Source of the DNA: Phoronis australis
Lineage: Eukaryota; Animalia; Phoronida
Assembly: GCA_002633005.1 (NCBI GenBank)
Contig: NMRA01000607.1
Location: 124,001 to 188,000 of the forward strand
Direction of reading: 5' to 3'
DNA length: 64,000 nt
The first letter of the stretch is position 1, and each line of letters starts with the position of its first letter. Under the pieces are notes generated by a model that searched no databases, was not told where the DNA came from, and saw nothing but the letters and a program-made list of their open reading frames with translations. A program made the translations under genes and the position numbers. Positions 48,539 to 62,788 of the stretch are shown piece by piece.

Positions 48539-51500
48539 ACTTTTTAAATGTAATTTTCCCGTCCATGTTTACATTTTCATCAAATGATAAAATGGCACGG
48601 AATTCATCTCACAAAGACTTCCCGCAATAGGAAGTCCCTGCGATGACGTTTGAACGTAAACAATATTTAGCGGTTCCATATATGATTATACGAATCGTTA
48701 CCCATAATGACGCAGGGAAAGAATTCTCCCCGATTGTTTTGCGATGTGCTGCAAATAATGTCTTGTTTGATATTGGTCCCAAACTAGTGCGGCTGTATGT
48801 ACATGGCATTTTTCAAAAGCTGTTTTGTTACTTTCCTGCGGGGTGAAAAGTATTTTTCAAACGAGTAGAAAGTCACTTTTCACCCAAGTGGACAGTACCA
48901 AATAGTAAAAAATGTCATGTACAGAATATCAGCCATAGCTCTTGTGGAAACAAATGGTATCTATGGATTTGATACAGGCATCTTCATTGTTTTGGGTGAA
49001 CTGAAAGTGAGACTATTTCTGTCACAGGCAACGTGTTTCTTTTGTAACTCTTCGCACGAATCGTTCCAAGCGCTGACGAGGAACTGGTGTTCAACCAAAA
49101 CCGTTGAAAATTAACAGAACTACATATGACCGATGCAAATTAGCCCGACATATGAAGCCGTCTTGAAAAAATTCCATACATAAGATTGTGCAGTGGGAAC
49201 GAGGAAACTTTACTGTTGGAAACCTCAAGTAAGAGCCTCCTTTTGGCAGCCATCTGTGGGGCCATCTTGGATTGTCGAAAATGGCGCCCCTCTAATTGAT
49301 TTTATTGATATATCTACTCTTAAATCAATATTTTTTATTTCAGTTACTCCACTCACATTTTGGGACAAGGAATTGAAGAATATTTAAAATGATATTTGTA
49401 ATCAAGGTCAACTTTTAAGCAGCTACGAACCCTAAAATATTACAAATTACAGAAAAGCAACGTCTTATATAAGATGGAAATGAGCCGTTGCAATTCCCCT
49501 TAGTGTCGACGGACTTCTTTCTCCAAATCAGTCTCTTGAGACAACATGCGTTCCACCAAGGATTGGATTTTTGTTCATTATTAGAGAAGAATATTATCAA
49601 ACAATTCACCAGACCTGTGATTTCATCTTCTTGTTCACTTTGAGTGGTAACTAGTAACGGGTCAGTAACATGCCGCCAAAGTGCTATCGATACGGCAGAG
49701 GGCGTTGTGACAGGAAGCTGCGAAGATGCAACGATGTTGGTGATGTTTGAAGGCTGGTGTGACCTTTCGTATTCATGTTCAGCGTCAATGAACCCTGTAA
49801 CTACACGGTATATGGGAATACGCAGATGGCATATACTGGAAAATGCACGTGAACTTAAATATAAGAAGATTCCCCTACAGTAAAGCCAATTACATAATTA
49901 CTTGGATTCTGCAATGGAAATCCGTTCTTGTCTCTTCATGACTTTATCTAGTCAACATCACATGCCATTGTGACTGGTCAATCGGCTAGGACATCGTGTT
50001 TGTTCTCGATGACGACTTCCGGCTAACCGACCAATCAGATGTCCTACCCGGTTGACTCGGCGAAAGTGGCACGTCAATCAACTGCAGCCAATGTTAGGAC
50101 TAAAGCACCCAACAAACATGCCGTTGTTACCGATATGGTTTACGTAATATGACGCAAATAAAAACTCATTTAAATCATTACAGCGTCAACAACTTACAAG
50201 CAATTGCAAAGCTGAAATTATAGGTTACTAAGTAATAAAAAATAGAGCGTTAGAAACAGCACGAACTCCACGACATATTATCATTGTGTAGATTATACGC
50301 ACAACAGCTTCATATGTTCATAACTTTGTCCATGACACTAGAGAAACTAAAATGGCAGCGCCCGTGAGTAACCCATACGTTCTAGTCTTAGAGCTCGCAC
50401 GCAGGGGATTTCACGGGACTGGCCTTTTTATTTCAGTTTTGTTTTAATCATGTGTTTTATTTATTCATCAAGCTTAATTCCGTTGTTGCAATATCATCTT
50501 GTAATCGTTTTTAAATGACGTCATCAAGCGAGATTCTTGAGCTTTGTTTTCAGATAGCCTGTCGACATCTCAGCAAAATTATTCAACGAACACGCCAGTT
50601 ACACTGGTCATACTTTGCACGCAATTACCCGTGGTCCTGGGTGGGAACAGTTTGGCCTCTGAAATCTGTTCAGCTTCTAGTTTTGTCTGTTATTTTAAAG
50701 CCAAGTCTAAAGAGATACTCCACGTTTTGCGTAATTTTCATTGTTTCGACGTTACTTGAAAGCTTACAATTTTGTTGCTTACGCAACAAATTCTTGATCC
50801 CATTTTTGAGGAACGCCTATGTTGACGTGACATATGACCAATCAACTGTTCAAGCCCGCTTGTCAAGTGTATTTCCATTATACATGTATGTGCTGTCAAA
50901 ACTAATACTAAGAAACGCTAAAATGGGGCCAGCAAATGTCACTGAATGCATATGAACATAAGTATTTTTCATTGAAATTTAGGATTTATTCCAACAAGTA
51001 ACTGCGAGCCTTCTTAATCGCAAAGTTCCATTTAATTTCTTCTTATACATTTTGTTAGTCTGACTTCCATTATGGGATATCAGGAATTTTGTCCCGAATA
51101 CGTTAGGCTGCAAGACCAAACTAAAACTTATGTGAAACGAATAATGTTGTGGTGCCATATGTGTAACCCCAGTCAGAACGGGAAACTAGGTGGCAAGGTA
51201 GTCGCAAAAAGATCGGTACATTGCAGTATCCATTGCTCACTTTGGTTTTCTTTGTTATAATAAAAATAATGGCAAGCATTTATCGGTAACCGACTGATGT
51301 GCGTCTTAGGTACGATATCCATGCGACCTGTATTGTTACAAAGACTCAAAAAGGGAAAAAAATGGTAGGCGATAACCATGCGACGCGCTTACCGGCCACC
51401 GACGTAAATGGAGTTGGGTGGGAAATGGCAGAAACTTTCGCAAAGCTCCGGCAAGTGGACGCCAGGCAGCTTGGCGTGAGTGGTTAAGCCTTTTCTTTTG

Positions 51501-53169
51501 ACCCTGGCGGCAATAATCCTACCTACATGTACGTCACTAAGAAAACGTTTTCGGAATCCTGACGGCGATAGGGTCGAGCTCAAGGTCAACTTTGTTTATA
51601 TCAATATGATGAAAATGGCCCTGCTAAAGCGCATGCTTGCGCGCATGTGCGTATATGAGTGTAAATTCCTACCGTTATGCACTTCGACACTCCTCTGGGG
51701 AATTTTGCAAGAACATGTAACTTGGCGTTCGTGATAGACATGTTTTATGTTCGTAAACAACTATGTACATGTCTAGTATTATTTTAACTTCGGCTTCACG
51801 TACTTGTAGACTGTACCCGCCTGCATCGACATCACACTCATTGGTTTACAGCATGTAAGCTTTTAGCAAAATATTTGAACCCTTTGCTAAACTGTTCTTT
51901 GGCGAAGCTGCTGAAGCTACATGCAAAAACCACGGATAGCTTGAACGCGCAGGTAGTCATTACGTTGCTGTATTTAGCTTCGCATTCGTATTTTACATGG
52001 GCATAAATAATTTTTAAATAGCCTAGGATTCAGTTACAAGTATCATCACCGGAACAAACGAATGCAAACAACAACCCAAGCATGCGCGGCGCAACCTCAG
52101 CCTCGTAAAATCTACGCCGGCATCCTGTAGTGAAATATAAAAATTTCGAATATTGAATTTAAACGTGATACTTGTCTTTGATCTAGACCCTTTGCAATCA
52201 ACAATTTGCTAGTTAATATAGGGGGTGCTGTTCTATCGCCTCTGACAGATGGCGCCCTTTGCGAAAAATATTTGCTCAGGTCTGATTTTACGACTTGCCA
52301 GCATATGCGCGATAATTGCACCCCTCGTATCGTAAATTCAGAGAATGATACGAAAAGATAAATCGAAAAAAAAAAATCTTTCTACTTCAGTTGCAAAACT
52401 TGAAGCCATTGTCAACAGCTGGCGACGCATGCTCCAGTAACGACGTTAAATATTTAAGTGCACGCGAACAGGTTTCAGTTAGTTTAGAATTAGTTTAATT
52501 ACCGCGCCAGGTCTTCACGACAATGTGGCCAGAGGTTGAAGCGTGTAGGGAAAAGAGGTGAACTGAAGACAAAAATTTGGAAAATCTAAGAGAAGTGACA
52601 CCCCTGAGGGACAGTAGTCTCTCAGCGATCATAACAGGAAAATGTGATCAATTGAATTACAAAATCAATCAAGAGCATATTGAATTGTACAGCATACCAA
52701 GAAAAAATATGTCATGATTTGTGATTTGAGGCAAACAATTTCCAACTTATTGTTATTTTCATAATGCTCATGGCCATTAGTTGAATAAGTGTCCGTCTTT
52801 GTCTCGAAACTCCACTCCACTCCACTAGATGGCGTCTATACTAAAACGGGATACCGTGATTGTCACTTGAATGTAACCCTGTTTGCCAAACTTTATAAAC
52901 TTGGTCAAAGAAAGGGTATTAGGAGGTACAGTTGTAGTCAAGAGTCGCTCGTAAGTCGTCGCCATCCGTTGTCACTTCCATAGAAGTACACTTGCTAAGC
53001 TTAAAAAACTAAGTTTCTGAAACAGGGTTCACGAGATACAGTTGCCCACGTAAAAAACTGCCTGTAGTAGGCGCCACAGTGGTCGGTGCCCTCCGAAATT
53101 CCACGTCAGCCGTGCTCTTCCCAAGTGGCAACAAATACGCCTTTTTTCATATGCACCCGTTTGAAATTC

Positions 53170-53390
53170 AATCATGTCGTCCCATCAGTAATAGAGTCAT
53201 TTCTGCACAGTATCACGAATGTCCATCCAAAGGTTTTGGAGATATACATGTAGGAACGGGCATCAGACGGACGGATGAACGGACAGACGGACGGACGGAC
53301 AGAGATGAATAAATACAGTATGTGGGAACATAAAAATATCCCATATTGTGGATCTTTCTTCGTGGGGAGTTTTTCCGAATACATATAAAC
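53170..53390 (+). mobile_element. Probable Helentron-associated (HINE/DINE-like) fragment with a (GACG)n microsatellite
   Basis: cagacggacggatgaacggacagacggacggacggacaga followed by a short cccat...gtgggg stem-loop near the 3' end. Confidence 0.45.
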
Positions 53391-53734
53391 TAAACAAAAA
53401 GTCTAAGTTTCATTAAGATAATAGCATAGATATTCGTGTGCGGCGTGTATGTGCGGATGAAACACCAATTCTTACCTGTAAAATAAAGTGCAGTAGCGAC
53501 ACCTATTATCAGAAGGGTCAACACTATTATGACGACGATTCTCCGTTTTTTCCTACGCTTGTTGTTGATTCTGCCTTCATCAAAGATATGGTTCTGAAAC
53601 AGAAAGTAAATACTGCCTATGCAAATTGTTTTATATGCTTAAGTACGATTTTAATGCGCTTTAATACAAGCAGTTTGTGTCAAATTTTAAGAACATACAT
53701 GTTTGTGATTGGTCGATTGGACTGACTTAACACC

Positions 53735-54330
53735 ATGGCACTGTGTCTCAAAAAGATAATCATTAATACATCTTAAGGGATTTAATAGCCTTTAGTATTC
53801 ATAGTATACCTGTTGCTATGAAACAAACCAAAAAAATAAAAATTATATTTTTTGTGTTATCGGGGTTGTATGTAATAGGTTGTTGTTTTCACCGGTGCGT
53901 TACCGAGGAGTTGCGAGGAAAGTCAGCGGAAAACAGTCTTATTCAGACATTAAAAGGTGTGTTTGTGGAGGCTGTAGTAACAGCAGCTTGACTGAGTACG
54001 TCTTCGTGTTCAAATTTCCTAAGTACGTGGAAGTGGCACAGAAATGTCATCTCTCTGTCTGTTCACACACAGTGATAATTGCCAAGTTCTCGCTCCTAAT
54101 CGTCCTCGTCTTCTGATCTGCTGTGTTCCGCCATTGCAACTGATTGTCACGTTACCAAACATCTTCCACCCATTCCATAATTTGGCAGGAAATTTCGAAA
54201 TGAATATTTTTCTTCGAAATTAAAAAATTATCGATAATTTAGCATAGAAAAGTGCTTATCGAGTTAGATTTTATGGTACTCATTTCATATTAGCTAACTG
54301 AAACCGCAAAAACTAAGAACATGCCTCTAA
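53735..54330. mobile_element. Transposon relic with a THAP-like fragment (possibly Kolobok)
   Basis: KRCVCGGCSNSSLTEYVFVFKFPK resembles a THAP N-terminus (C-x2-4-C...FxFP); the right end catgcct-ctaa resembles CCT|TTAA; left end unclear. Confidence 0.35.
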
Positions 54331-57300
54331 GTTAAGTGCACAATTATTTAAACGTCTTTGAGACAGTTTACCAAAAGGTCATCATGCAGTCATTCTTTTG
54401 CGGCATTGAAAAACTTATAGAACATTTGATTATGATTTTCTTTTTCAAATAACATATTACCGAGTTTGAAAATGTTGGTTTAGCGCCGAATTTATGTTTA
54501 TTTGCGTGGGCGGCACAGCACTGAAAAAGTGGGGTGCTATAAGCGCCAGCTCCCCTGTGGTGCACACCGCCCATAGACAATGGGCGGCGAAGCACTGAAA
54601 AAGTGGGAGCTATAGCCCCCCCCCAGAACCCTATGGTACGCCTCCCATGATTTGGCGTTCGAAAGTAGCACCCGAAAAAACTGCTCTTAATTTTTCAAAC
54701 TGAAAACTCCAGGAGCAAGTCAGTTTCACGTAATCGCACACAAGCTGTAAGCGTGTCAGACGTGCATTCAGAGTGAAGTCTTCCCATTTGTTGGGCTACA
54801 TTTGCTTTGTTGCGATAAAGGAACATAGAGTGCTACTCATGTCAACCCATTCCCAGACCTGCTATTGGTCACGATCCCAGAGGGTGCCAGTTTATAAATG
54901 GGTTGCAATTTGAAAAGTATTACAAGACAGTCCCTTTTAAGAAAACAAATCATTTACTATCATGGGAATTCGTATATTAAATAAACAGTGCTCACCTCCT
55001 CGTCCAAATCAAAGGTTTCTTTACTTTTCTCGAAGTCACGGCTTCCTCCATGTTCAGAAGGAAAAGCAGGATTTTCCAAGGCAGACTGGAAATATAACGC
55101 TTAAACACATAAAAATAATGTTCTTTACACTTCATTTTAATTCGAAAACTCCATTAAAATACATTTAAACGCAGTTCATTTTTTAAATTATCATTCCCTA
55201 ATGATGCTTTGTCAACATGACGTGACGTTTTCAAAAAAAAATAAATTCAATGTCAGATTTGTTTCATCTATCTTCTGTTTAACGTCTGGTTTTGCATCAT
55301 CTAAATGGCCGCTGTGGTCGAAATGGGTGGGAAAACAATTGGGACTACTGGTCAGTGGGTCAGACTTCTTGGAGTCACAAGCTATGGCTAAAGCAATAAA
55401 ACCACAAAAAGTCGTGTTTTGTATTATTATTACAAGTCGCTAATTCTTGATGTCTGACAGAAAAACAGAGTGGAAAAGAGTCTTCAAACGAAAGTAAACT
55501 CACCTTCGGCCTCATAGGTTTTATTAAAACCACTTACCATCGGTCAAGAGATTGGTTTAATATTTTCAGCCATATTAGATGTGATTTCTGGGTTTGAAAA
55601 GAAAGGATAGTTCATTATTGGTTTGGATCAATACTGAACAATTTGGGATAACCACGGCAAATCGATTTATGAACTGAAAAAGATCTCGAGGAATAACGAA
55701 ACGTCATTTTGTTTCAAGTCCAGTGACCGAGTTGGCACCAAGTAAAGAACAGACTGATACATGTAGTTGTAACTGGTCTCAGCAATACCACCGTTTATTC
55801 ATAGAATGCCAGTTTATAACCACTTGAAGGCTTCATGACGGACGAAGGCTTTCAACAACTGCTCCGTGACGAAATTACGTTGTTTGCACTATTGGTTCAT
55901 GCTACCAGTATAGTTATTACTGACTTTCCTTTTTCACACTATGCTTTTCATATAGACAAAAGTTTGCCCGCTAGAGTCACTGAGGGTATGTGCACCCAAC
56001 GTCACTCCCGCTGAGAACCAGACATAACAGTGCCATCGACCTTAAAACAATGGAATCAAATTTTGAGATACGGATAAGGGGCCTCCGGCAATCTGTAGTC
56101 GTTAAATGATTCACTTTACTGACACTCGCACTTAGGTAAGCGACTACGACAGGCAATCACTTTTCCTCCACGAGCGCACAGACGATCTCATATCATTCCC
56201 TTTATCACGTGCCGCAGTTCCGATCTCACGAAAAGCATTCTCTCAACAGCAAAATGTTTGAATTCCCCAGTTGCAATGCGCAAACAGATTTGATGCAGAC
56301 ACGGTACCGGTACCAAGCACGTGCTACAAGCTGTCAAACACGCACACTAGAGCCCTCTGTCGGCCGTGAATGGACATGCCGAAAGCAACTTAACACGTCC
56401 AAATTGGATTGCGGTTAAAAAGATCTCATTAAAAGTTTTTGTTTACGATAAAGAGCGCCCCGTATTCTGTGAAGGCCTGCCTTGAAGTACGCTGCCATAC
56501 ATCATGCTTATAGGGGATGCCACAAATGTATGTCGACTGCCAAAAATATATCTGTACCCTATTTGCTTCACCACAAACAAAACGTTTTTGTGTTTTTGTC
56601 TTGTTAAAAAGTTACATTCCACGGCTTTGCAAAACACGTTAGAGTTCTTAAGTTTCCAATAAATATGCAACAGATCTATGAATGTGAGACGCATCAACAA
56701 GTATGTCATAAACTTTTAAGAATCTCTTTCCGCTTCGTTTTCAAAAAAAGCCTCATCAAACGAATAATCTCAATCATAAACTGAATTAGACTAAACGACT
56801 TTATAAATAATTATCTTTCAATATGACGTCCGCTTTTTCAAAATAAACCGATTTTAAAGATAAAATTCCTTGTTTTGCTGCTGTTCGGAAAATAAAATGA
56901 CTTTCCTCAATCAAAACATGCAACTAAAATTTGAATACTCTTTACATAACAAAAATGACGAAAATTTGCTGTTTCTATCAAATTTTCCAACTACCCAAAA
57001 GGAGAAAGTCAGTGCATCATCGTTCAACTGTTATGTCATCGTTGTCGTCAAGTTGCAGTAGACACTCTAACTTTGTAAAACCGTCCTGTCAAGGAAATAA
57101 GGATTGCGAAGATGTTGTGAATATATTAGTGGAAATTAAAATGCATTTTCCGGCGTTCTAGAAAAAATTCATCAACAAGATCAAAATGATCCAAATGGAT
57201 CGAACAATTTTCTTCAATCTCAGGAATCGGTTAGCATCCTGTACAACTCCAAAACACATGACATCACGGGTACAGCACACAGCATCAGTTGGCGGCTGAC

Positions 57301-60300
57301 GGGGGGAGGGACAAAGCTCAGGCTAGACAAATGAACGGTTTCCAAAATGTTAATACTGTCACTGGTGAGGCAGCGCAGGTTCTAATCGTTCCAAAACTCG
57401 ATAGTAATCAAAAGTCATCTTCAGGTACAATATTAGACAGAAAACAGTCGTATCAGAATGGTAGATTAGTATAAAAACATCCCTTTCAAACGTGCAAATG
57501 TCATCGTTTGACTATGTGGAAACATTTTGGCATGAAATTTCAGCAAAGGAATCTAATAATAGAATTTGCCACTAGGGACCAGCTGTAGTAAAATTATCTA
57601 ACATTTGACGTTGACTGATTTGATCACCATAGAAACATATTTGCAAAAATTAATGAAGCCCCTTTATAAGGTTTACGAGATACAACTACATCATGCCCGT
57701 AGTCAGACACTGTAAAATACGCGATGGTATGTACTTTCTATCGGCTGTTGCTTAAAAACAAACAAAATTATCCAATTTTTTATTAATTTTTATTTTCTTA
57801 ATCAGATAGCAAAATGATGGAAAACATTATTGGAAATCACCAGCACCATGCAAGCTGGCATCCAGAGCACCTCAAAATGGTTAAAAATCAAAGACACAAA
57901 ATTGGGCAAAATTTACCGATTTTGACATCCAGTGAAAGTTACTGAAACACCTATAAAAATGCGAAGACTTACTGATCGAGAGGTTCAATGTCTACGTAAT
58001 CATTGCAAAGAATTTGTCTTTTCCTTTCTTTTAAGCCGTTTTAAAACAACTTCACTAACTGAGCCTTTTGAACCAAAAATGGGCTATTTTGGGCCAACAA
58101 ATTTATGATGCTCTTACTTAAAAATGACCCAAAAAGTTAAAAATGACACTTTGAACATATCTCACAAGGTTTATGAACACGCAATTTTTTAAAGATTTGT
58201 GTCGGTGACCCTAGAGTCGACCTTTTAGTGCTCTCGTGGAATAACAGTTCAAAGGACATTACATGTAAATCCTGTTTTGGTGATTTCCACCAACCCTTGT
58301 TTTGTCACCTGTTAAGACATAATTGGTGTCAAGCTTTAAAGTTAACCCCAGGAATCATATAAAAACTCACACTCCTTTTGTCACACATTGGACGTTATGA
58401 TCCTCGGTTCGTGTGCTGTTCTCACGGTTGCTGTGTAAATCAATAAAAACGTAGGCCATGCTTGCTTTTTTGCAGATTTTGAAAGGAGTTTCAAAACTTT
58501 TCTCCATACTTTTGAGAGTTCTCGAGGGTTACAGACCACTGTTGTGTTTCAAAGAACTGGATGGTCGTTTTTAGTGTCTGTTAATAAACCAAAGTAAACA
58601 AGCCGACAGTGTAATTAAAATAGCATGTGCAGTGAAATGTTTTTCCGTTATTTCTGACGAGGTTACTTTCAACAATGAAGAGAATTCAAACGCTTGCCAT
58701 ACTATTAATAGATGCGAACAGGAGGAGTTTCTTGAAATTTGTTTTTGTAGTCTTGCGCGGAAAACGGGCAAATACGCTGGTGAATGCATTGTGGGCACTT
58801 TGAAAAGGATCGGTTACATTGTCAATTGCGAAGGGAAGTGGAGCCAACGTTGGCGTGAAAGCCGTAACCCAAGGCGAATGAGTTTCTTTTAACCTCACAC
58901 ACACATTGTTGTGATTTTTGAAAAGATCTAGTGATAACCTGTTCAGGCTCTATACTGGAAGTGAGAAACATTTTGATACCCAATAAAACTCGTTGTTTAT
59001 GATTAATCCAATGAGAAAGAGGATAAAACTTGGCAACGTATTAATCTGATGTGTATCTCATCGTTTCAATGCGCAACTTTATACTGAAAATGAAACTTAC
59101 AACATCTCCCAAACCAAATGATGTCGTATGGATTTCGCAAGGTATTGTTTCACTTGCGAGATCCTTGCGACGGGCGTATGCGCGTCGCATGGTTATCGCC
59201 TATGTGACGCTGCCATCGTTTTCCTGTGCTGTACATTGAGTTAACTGTGCTTGTTGCGTTTTAATTTCTTGACAGTAATGTACTGAAAACTAATTGCCCT
59301 CGACACTGTTTAGCTCCTCCGTCACACGTGCTCCCGAAGAGGGTATAGAGTCGACGCCAGTTTTTGTGAAATATCACCAAAAGGTCCACTTCGAACCAAC
59401 CCTAGCTTACAGTGTAATCCTGGCTACGGTCCTGAAACTTGCCCTTACATTAAACTTCGTCAAAATTGACAGTGAGCACAGTAGCTGGAACCGCTTCCGA
59501 CTCGCAACTTTCAACAATTTATATGATTTCATGCATTTTCTATTTCTTTACGGATTAGCGGGCATGCATGCAAAATACAGAGGTTAAGGATTCTAAACTC
59601 AGTTTGACAGGTGCAAATATACCATGTAATAGCGGTCGAGTTCAACTGAAAATAAGGTAATCCATAACAGTCACACTCTTTCAGGTCTGTATAATTTAAT
59701 AACTGCTAGAGTAAAGACACCAGCGGTTACTTTTGTCATGGCAGGGTCAACCGAGTTCAACCAACCAGCAACCTAGTGACCCATTGACCGGGATAAGGAA
59801 ACATTCCAAGGGCATGTTTAAAAGCGTTGATGACTTGACAATACAATGTGTTTGAAAATATCAATTAATTGCACCTGAGTGATCCGCAAGTTATTTTTCT
59901 GAGAAATAAGTTCCGATGACCTCATACTTTTAGTCACAAGTTTGTTTTAGCTTACCATTTATAAAACGAGAATGTTGGGTAATAACGTCTAACGGATATT
60001 TCTAGTTTGATTTCATTTCTCGTACTAGTGAAAAGAAAGAATACAGAGTTCGACACAAGCCCTTGAGCGCTCGTTTTTTAACGACATTGCTGACTATAAA
60101 ACATTGGAATATCGTCCTTTATTTCACGTAACAAATTACTTGAAATGGTAATTTTGCTATTTTGGTGTTTAGTAATGCTCCACGACATAAAATGTCACAA
60201 TGACGTCATACGAAACAATAAGCGAATGCAAGTGTTAACATTAGGTATGGCTTAATTCAAAAGGCCATTTAAATTTGTTAAAGAACAGGCTTCTTGTTTT

Positions 60301-62788
60301 GGATCGCACTCATGAACTAAACATATTTTGCAGTCCTAACAACAACTAGTAAAATGTAGCGGAGAAGTCGTAACCTTGACAACATTGCGCTTTTAAAGAG
60401 GTGAATAATTTGTCCATTCTGATGAGGACCTGCTTGACACATAGCTCGAAAACAAAATCGGTGGTCCTAAAAAACTATAAGCATCAAAATAAAACATAAA
60501 ATAAGAAATTTAGCTGTGGAAGTTTTTGTTTAGAAGCCAAAACGCTAAAATTTAAGACACTAATTATAATAGGTAAGCTTTCCAATTTTGACAGAGACGA
60601 CTTACACTGTAAAAAGGATATCAAAATATTCGCACCGTTATTTGCGCGGGACTTAGCGCGTGCACTTTAAAGTGCTGTGCATAGATATATTGATGGTGCT
60701 GACTAGCTACATATATCCATATACATCTATGGTGACGATATCTGGATAGTGATCACCTTGGTACAACCAGAAAAAAAATTGAAATTGCATTTGTCGATAG
60801 TTTTGCTTCCAAACACGACCTTTGTGTGACCACAAAATATGAAATCTTCCTCAAATTACCATTCCTTGTTCCGTTGAATAAAAATGCTTGTAGCTGACTG
60901 ACAGAAAATGCGTGAAAAGAATTCCACGTTGACACCTCGGCCAGATTGCGCACCGCAGAATCTCCAGGTTCAGATCTAAGAAACCATGCTGTTGTGGTTA
61001 ATAAAATCGCCTCTGGCTGCTGATGTTGTCGTTCTTTCGATAACGAGACCATCATAAGCAGATTATGGGCGACAATGGTATTTTTAAGCATCCGTTTTGA
61101 AGGTTTGTAAATAGCATTTTTGAATAGTTATTGAAAAGAGAGCACGTGATTAAGTTCCTGAAAACTGTACAAGAAATGTGACTTTTCCACGTTTGTTTAA
61201 TGTTGCAACATTATGTTCCTCATTCATTCTGCTGGGTGTGCAACATAATTGGGTAACTTGCCAAACCACCAGGCAGCAGTTGGATTTTGAGGTACACGGG
61301 TGTAAGCCAAGTGTCACCGTACAATGCTTGTCATGAATCGACATACGAAGGAAAAACTAAACATAGCCCTCTTCTTCCATAGATTCCTATGCAGGTTTCA
61401 TGACTAACTTTCACACTCGGTCAGTACGTTGGTTTTCAAACCCCAAAGTGTGACAATGTCCTTGTTTCAGCATCGCTCAATATCACATTATCGCGGCAGA
61501 TCAGAAAAGCTTTTGACCTCGGTACGTGCCCTTCCGCGATAAGGACTGGCCTATTGTGCGCAGGAAACTTAAACCCACAATTCAGAGTAATTCTCATCAA
61601 CACGATCTCAATAATAACTAATCTTTAAAAAACGGACATAGTCTATTTTAGCGAGAAATCACATGCCGGGTGGGATGTATAGGCGTTCGTAAGCTCCAAG
61701 AACGGGTAAATTGCATTTAAAGCCCTACTTGGTCCTTTCGACCTGTTCGGTCCAATTTGCATCGCATGAAGTTCATAAAATAGTGCGTGTTGGCATGGGT
61801 GTCGCAGTGGTGGTAGTCAAGGCAACTGGGCTCAGGCAAGATCGTTAGGTCTTGTCATCGAAATTAGGTGGTCAAGTAGATTTAGCTACGATACAAAATA
61901 ATGTCACCGAGTAGGACAGTCGCGTTCTAAGATAACAAAAATATGATAACCTAACGCTCAGAACGAGGCTATTTAGGCTCCATCTTGTGGCCGTGAATGT
62001 ACATATACTTTTAGCTCCAGAAACCTTGGGTGAGATATGCGAAAATTGCCACAGCGATTAAATTACTAAACATAACTTTGTTTTGGTAGAAATCAGAGGT
62101 TTTCAGCAAACATGGCTGTGTTTAGTTTATTCTACTGAGACGGAACGTAAAATAATGACTGAGAACAAATCCGAAATTCTACAAACATGATGTCACTGAA
62201 AGTTCAGGCAAAATGCAATGCTTTCAAAAGCAGCAAAGAACACATATTTGGATGAGGCGAATTCAGTCTTTTTCTAGCATGCGTTTATTTGGCTGAGGCG
62301 TTAAGCAACCTCGTGTACTTTCAAACGCTTGGGTTTAATTACATTGCCAAAGTTCTACTGGATACTCTTTGTACACGATATGTAAACTATATGAACACGT
62401 GTTCAGTGACATGACAACGAGTCGCATCACGGTTGAGGTGGATGATATTTTAGATCGCACATTACAACAGGAGTATTACTGGTACATTTCATCTAGCACA
62501 AAAGTTCAGATTGCTGTAATCGTAGATTTAGTTGAAACTACATGACTGCAGACTCCCGCCCTTTACAGTGCAGCACTGTGCGATACCAAAGCCACGAATA
62601 TACAGGTGTAATATCACGTTCCCAGCTACGTTTGATACAAGATGGAACATATCAGGAAATATCGCTGTTACGTGATATTCACGTCTACAGACGCAACACG
62701 CTTCGTGCTATTTTAAGGTTATATACAGTACGCAGGACCTCATCGACAAAATTGTGCGTTTAGCCAAATACATGTATCTGTAAAAGTG

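Larger units (their letters stand above)
51366..59202. mobile_element. Candidate 7.8-kb Academ-like element defined by perfect 23-bp inverted repeats
   Basis: taggcgataaccatgcgacgcgc (51366-51388) is the exact reverse complement of 59180-59202; TAG start; TSD imperfect; no transposase recognised. Confidence 0.4.

Noticed and set aside
49415-49835. Open minus-strand frame upstream of the mucin-like ORF
   Set aside because: No recognisable motif or reliable phase chain; cannot be supported as coding
59203-62780. Short ORFs and a weak tRNA/SINE A-box-like motif near 61790
   Set aside because: No domain motifs, no B-box or cloverleaf; treated as intergenic
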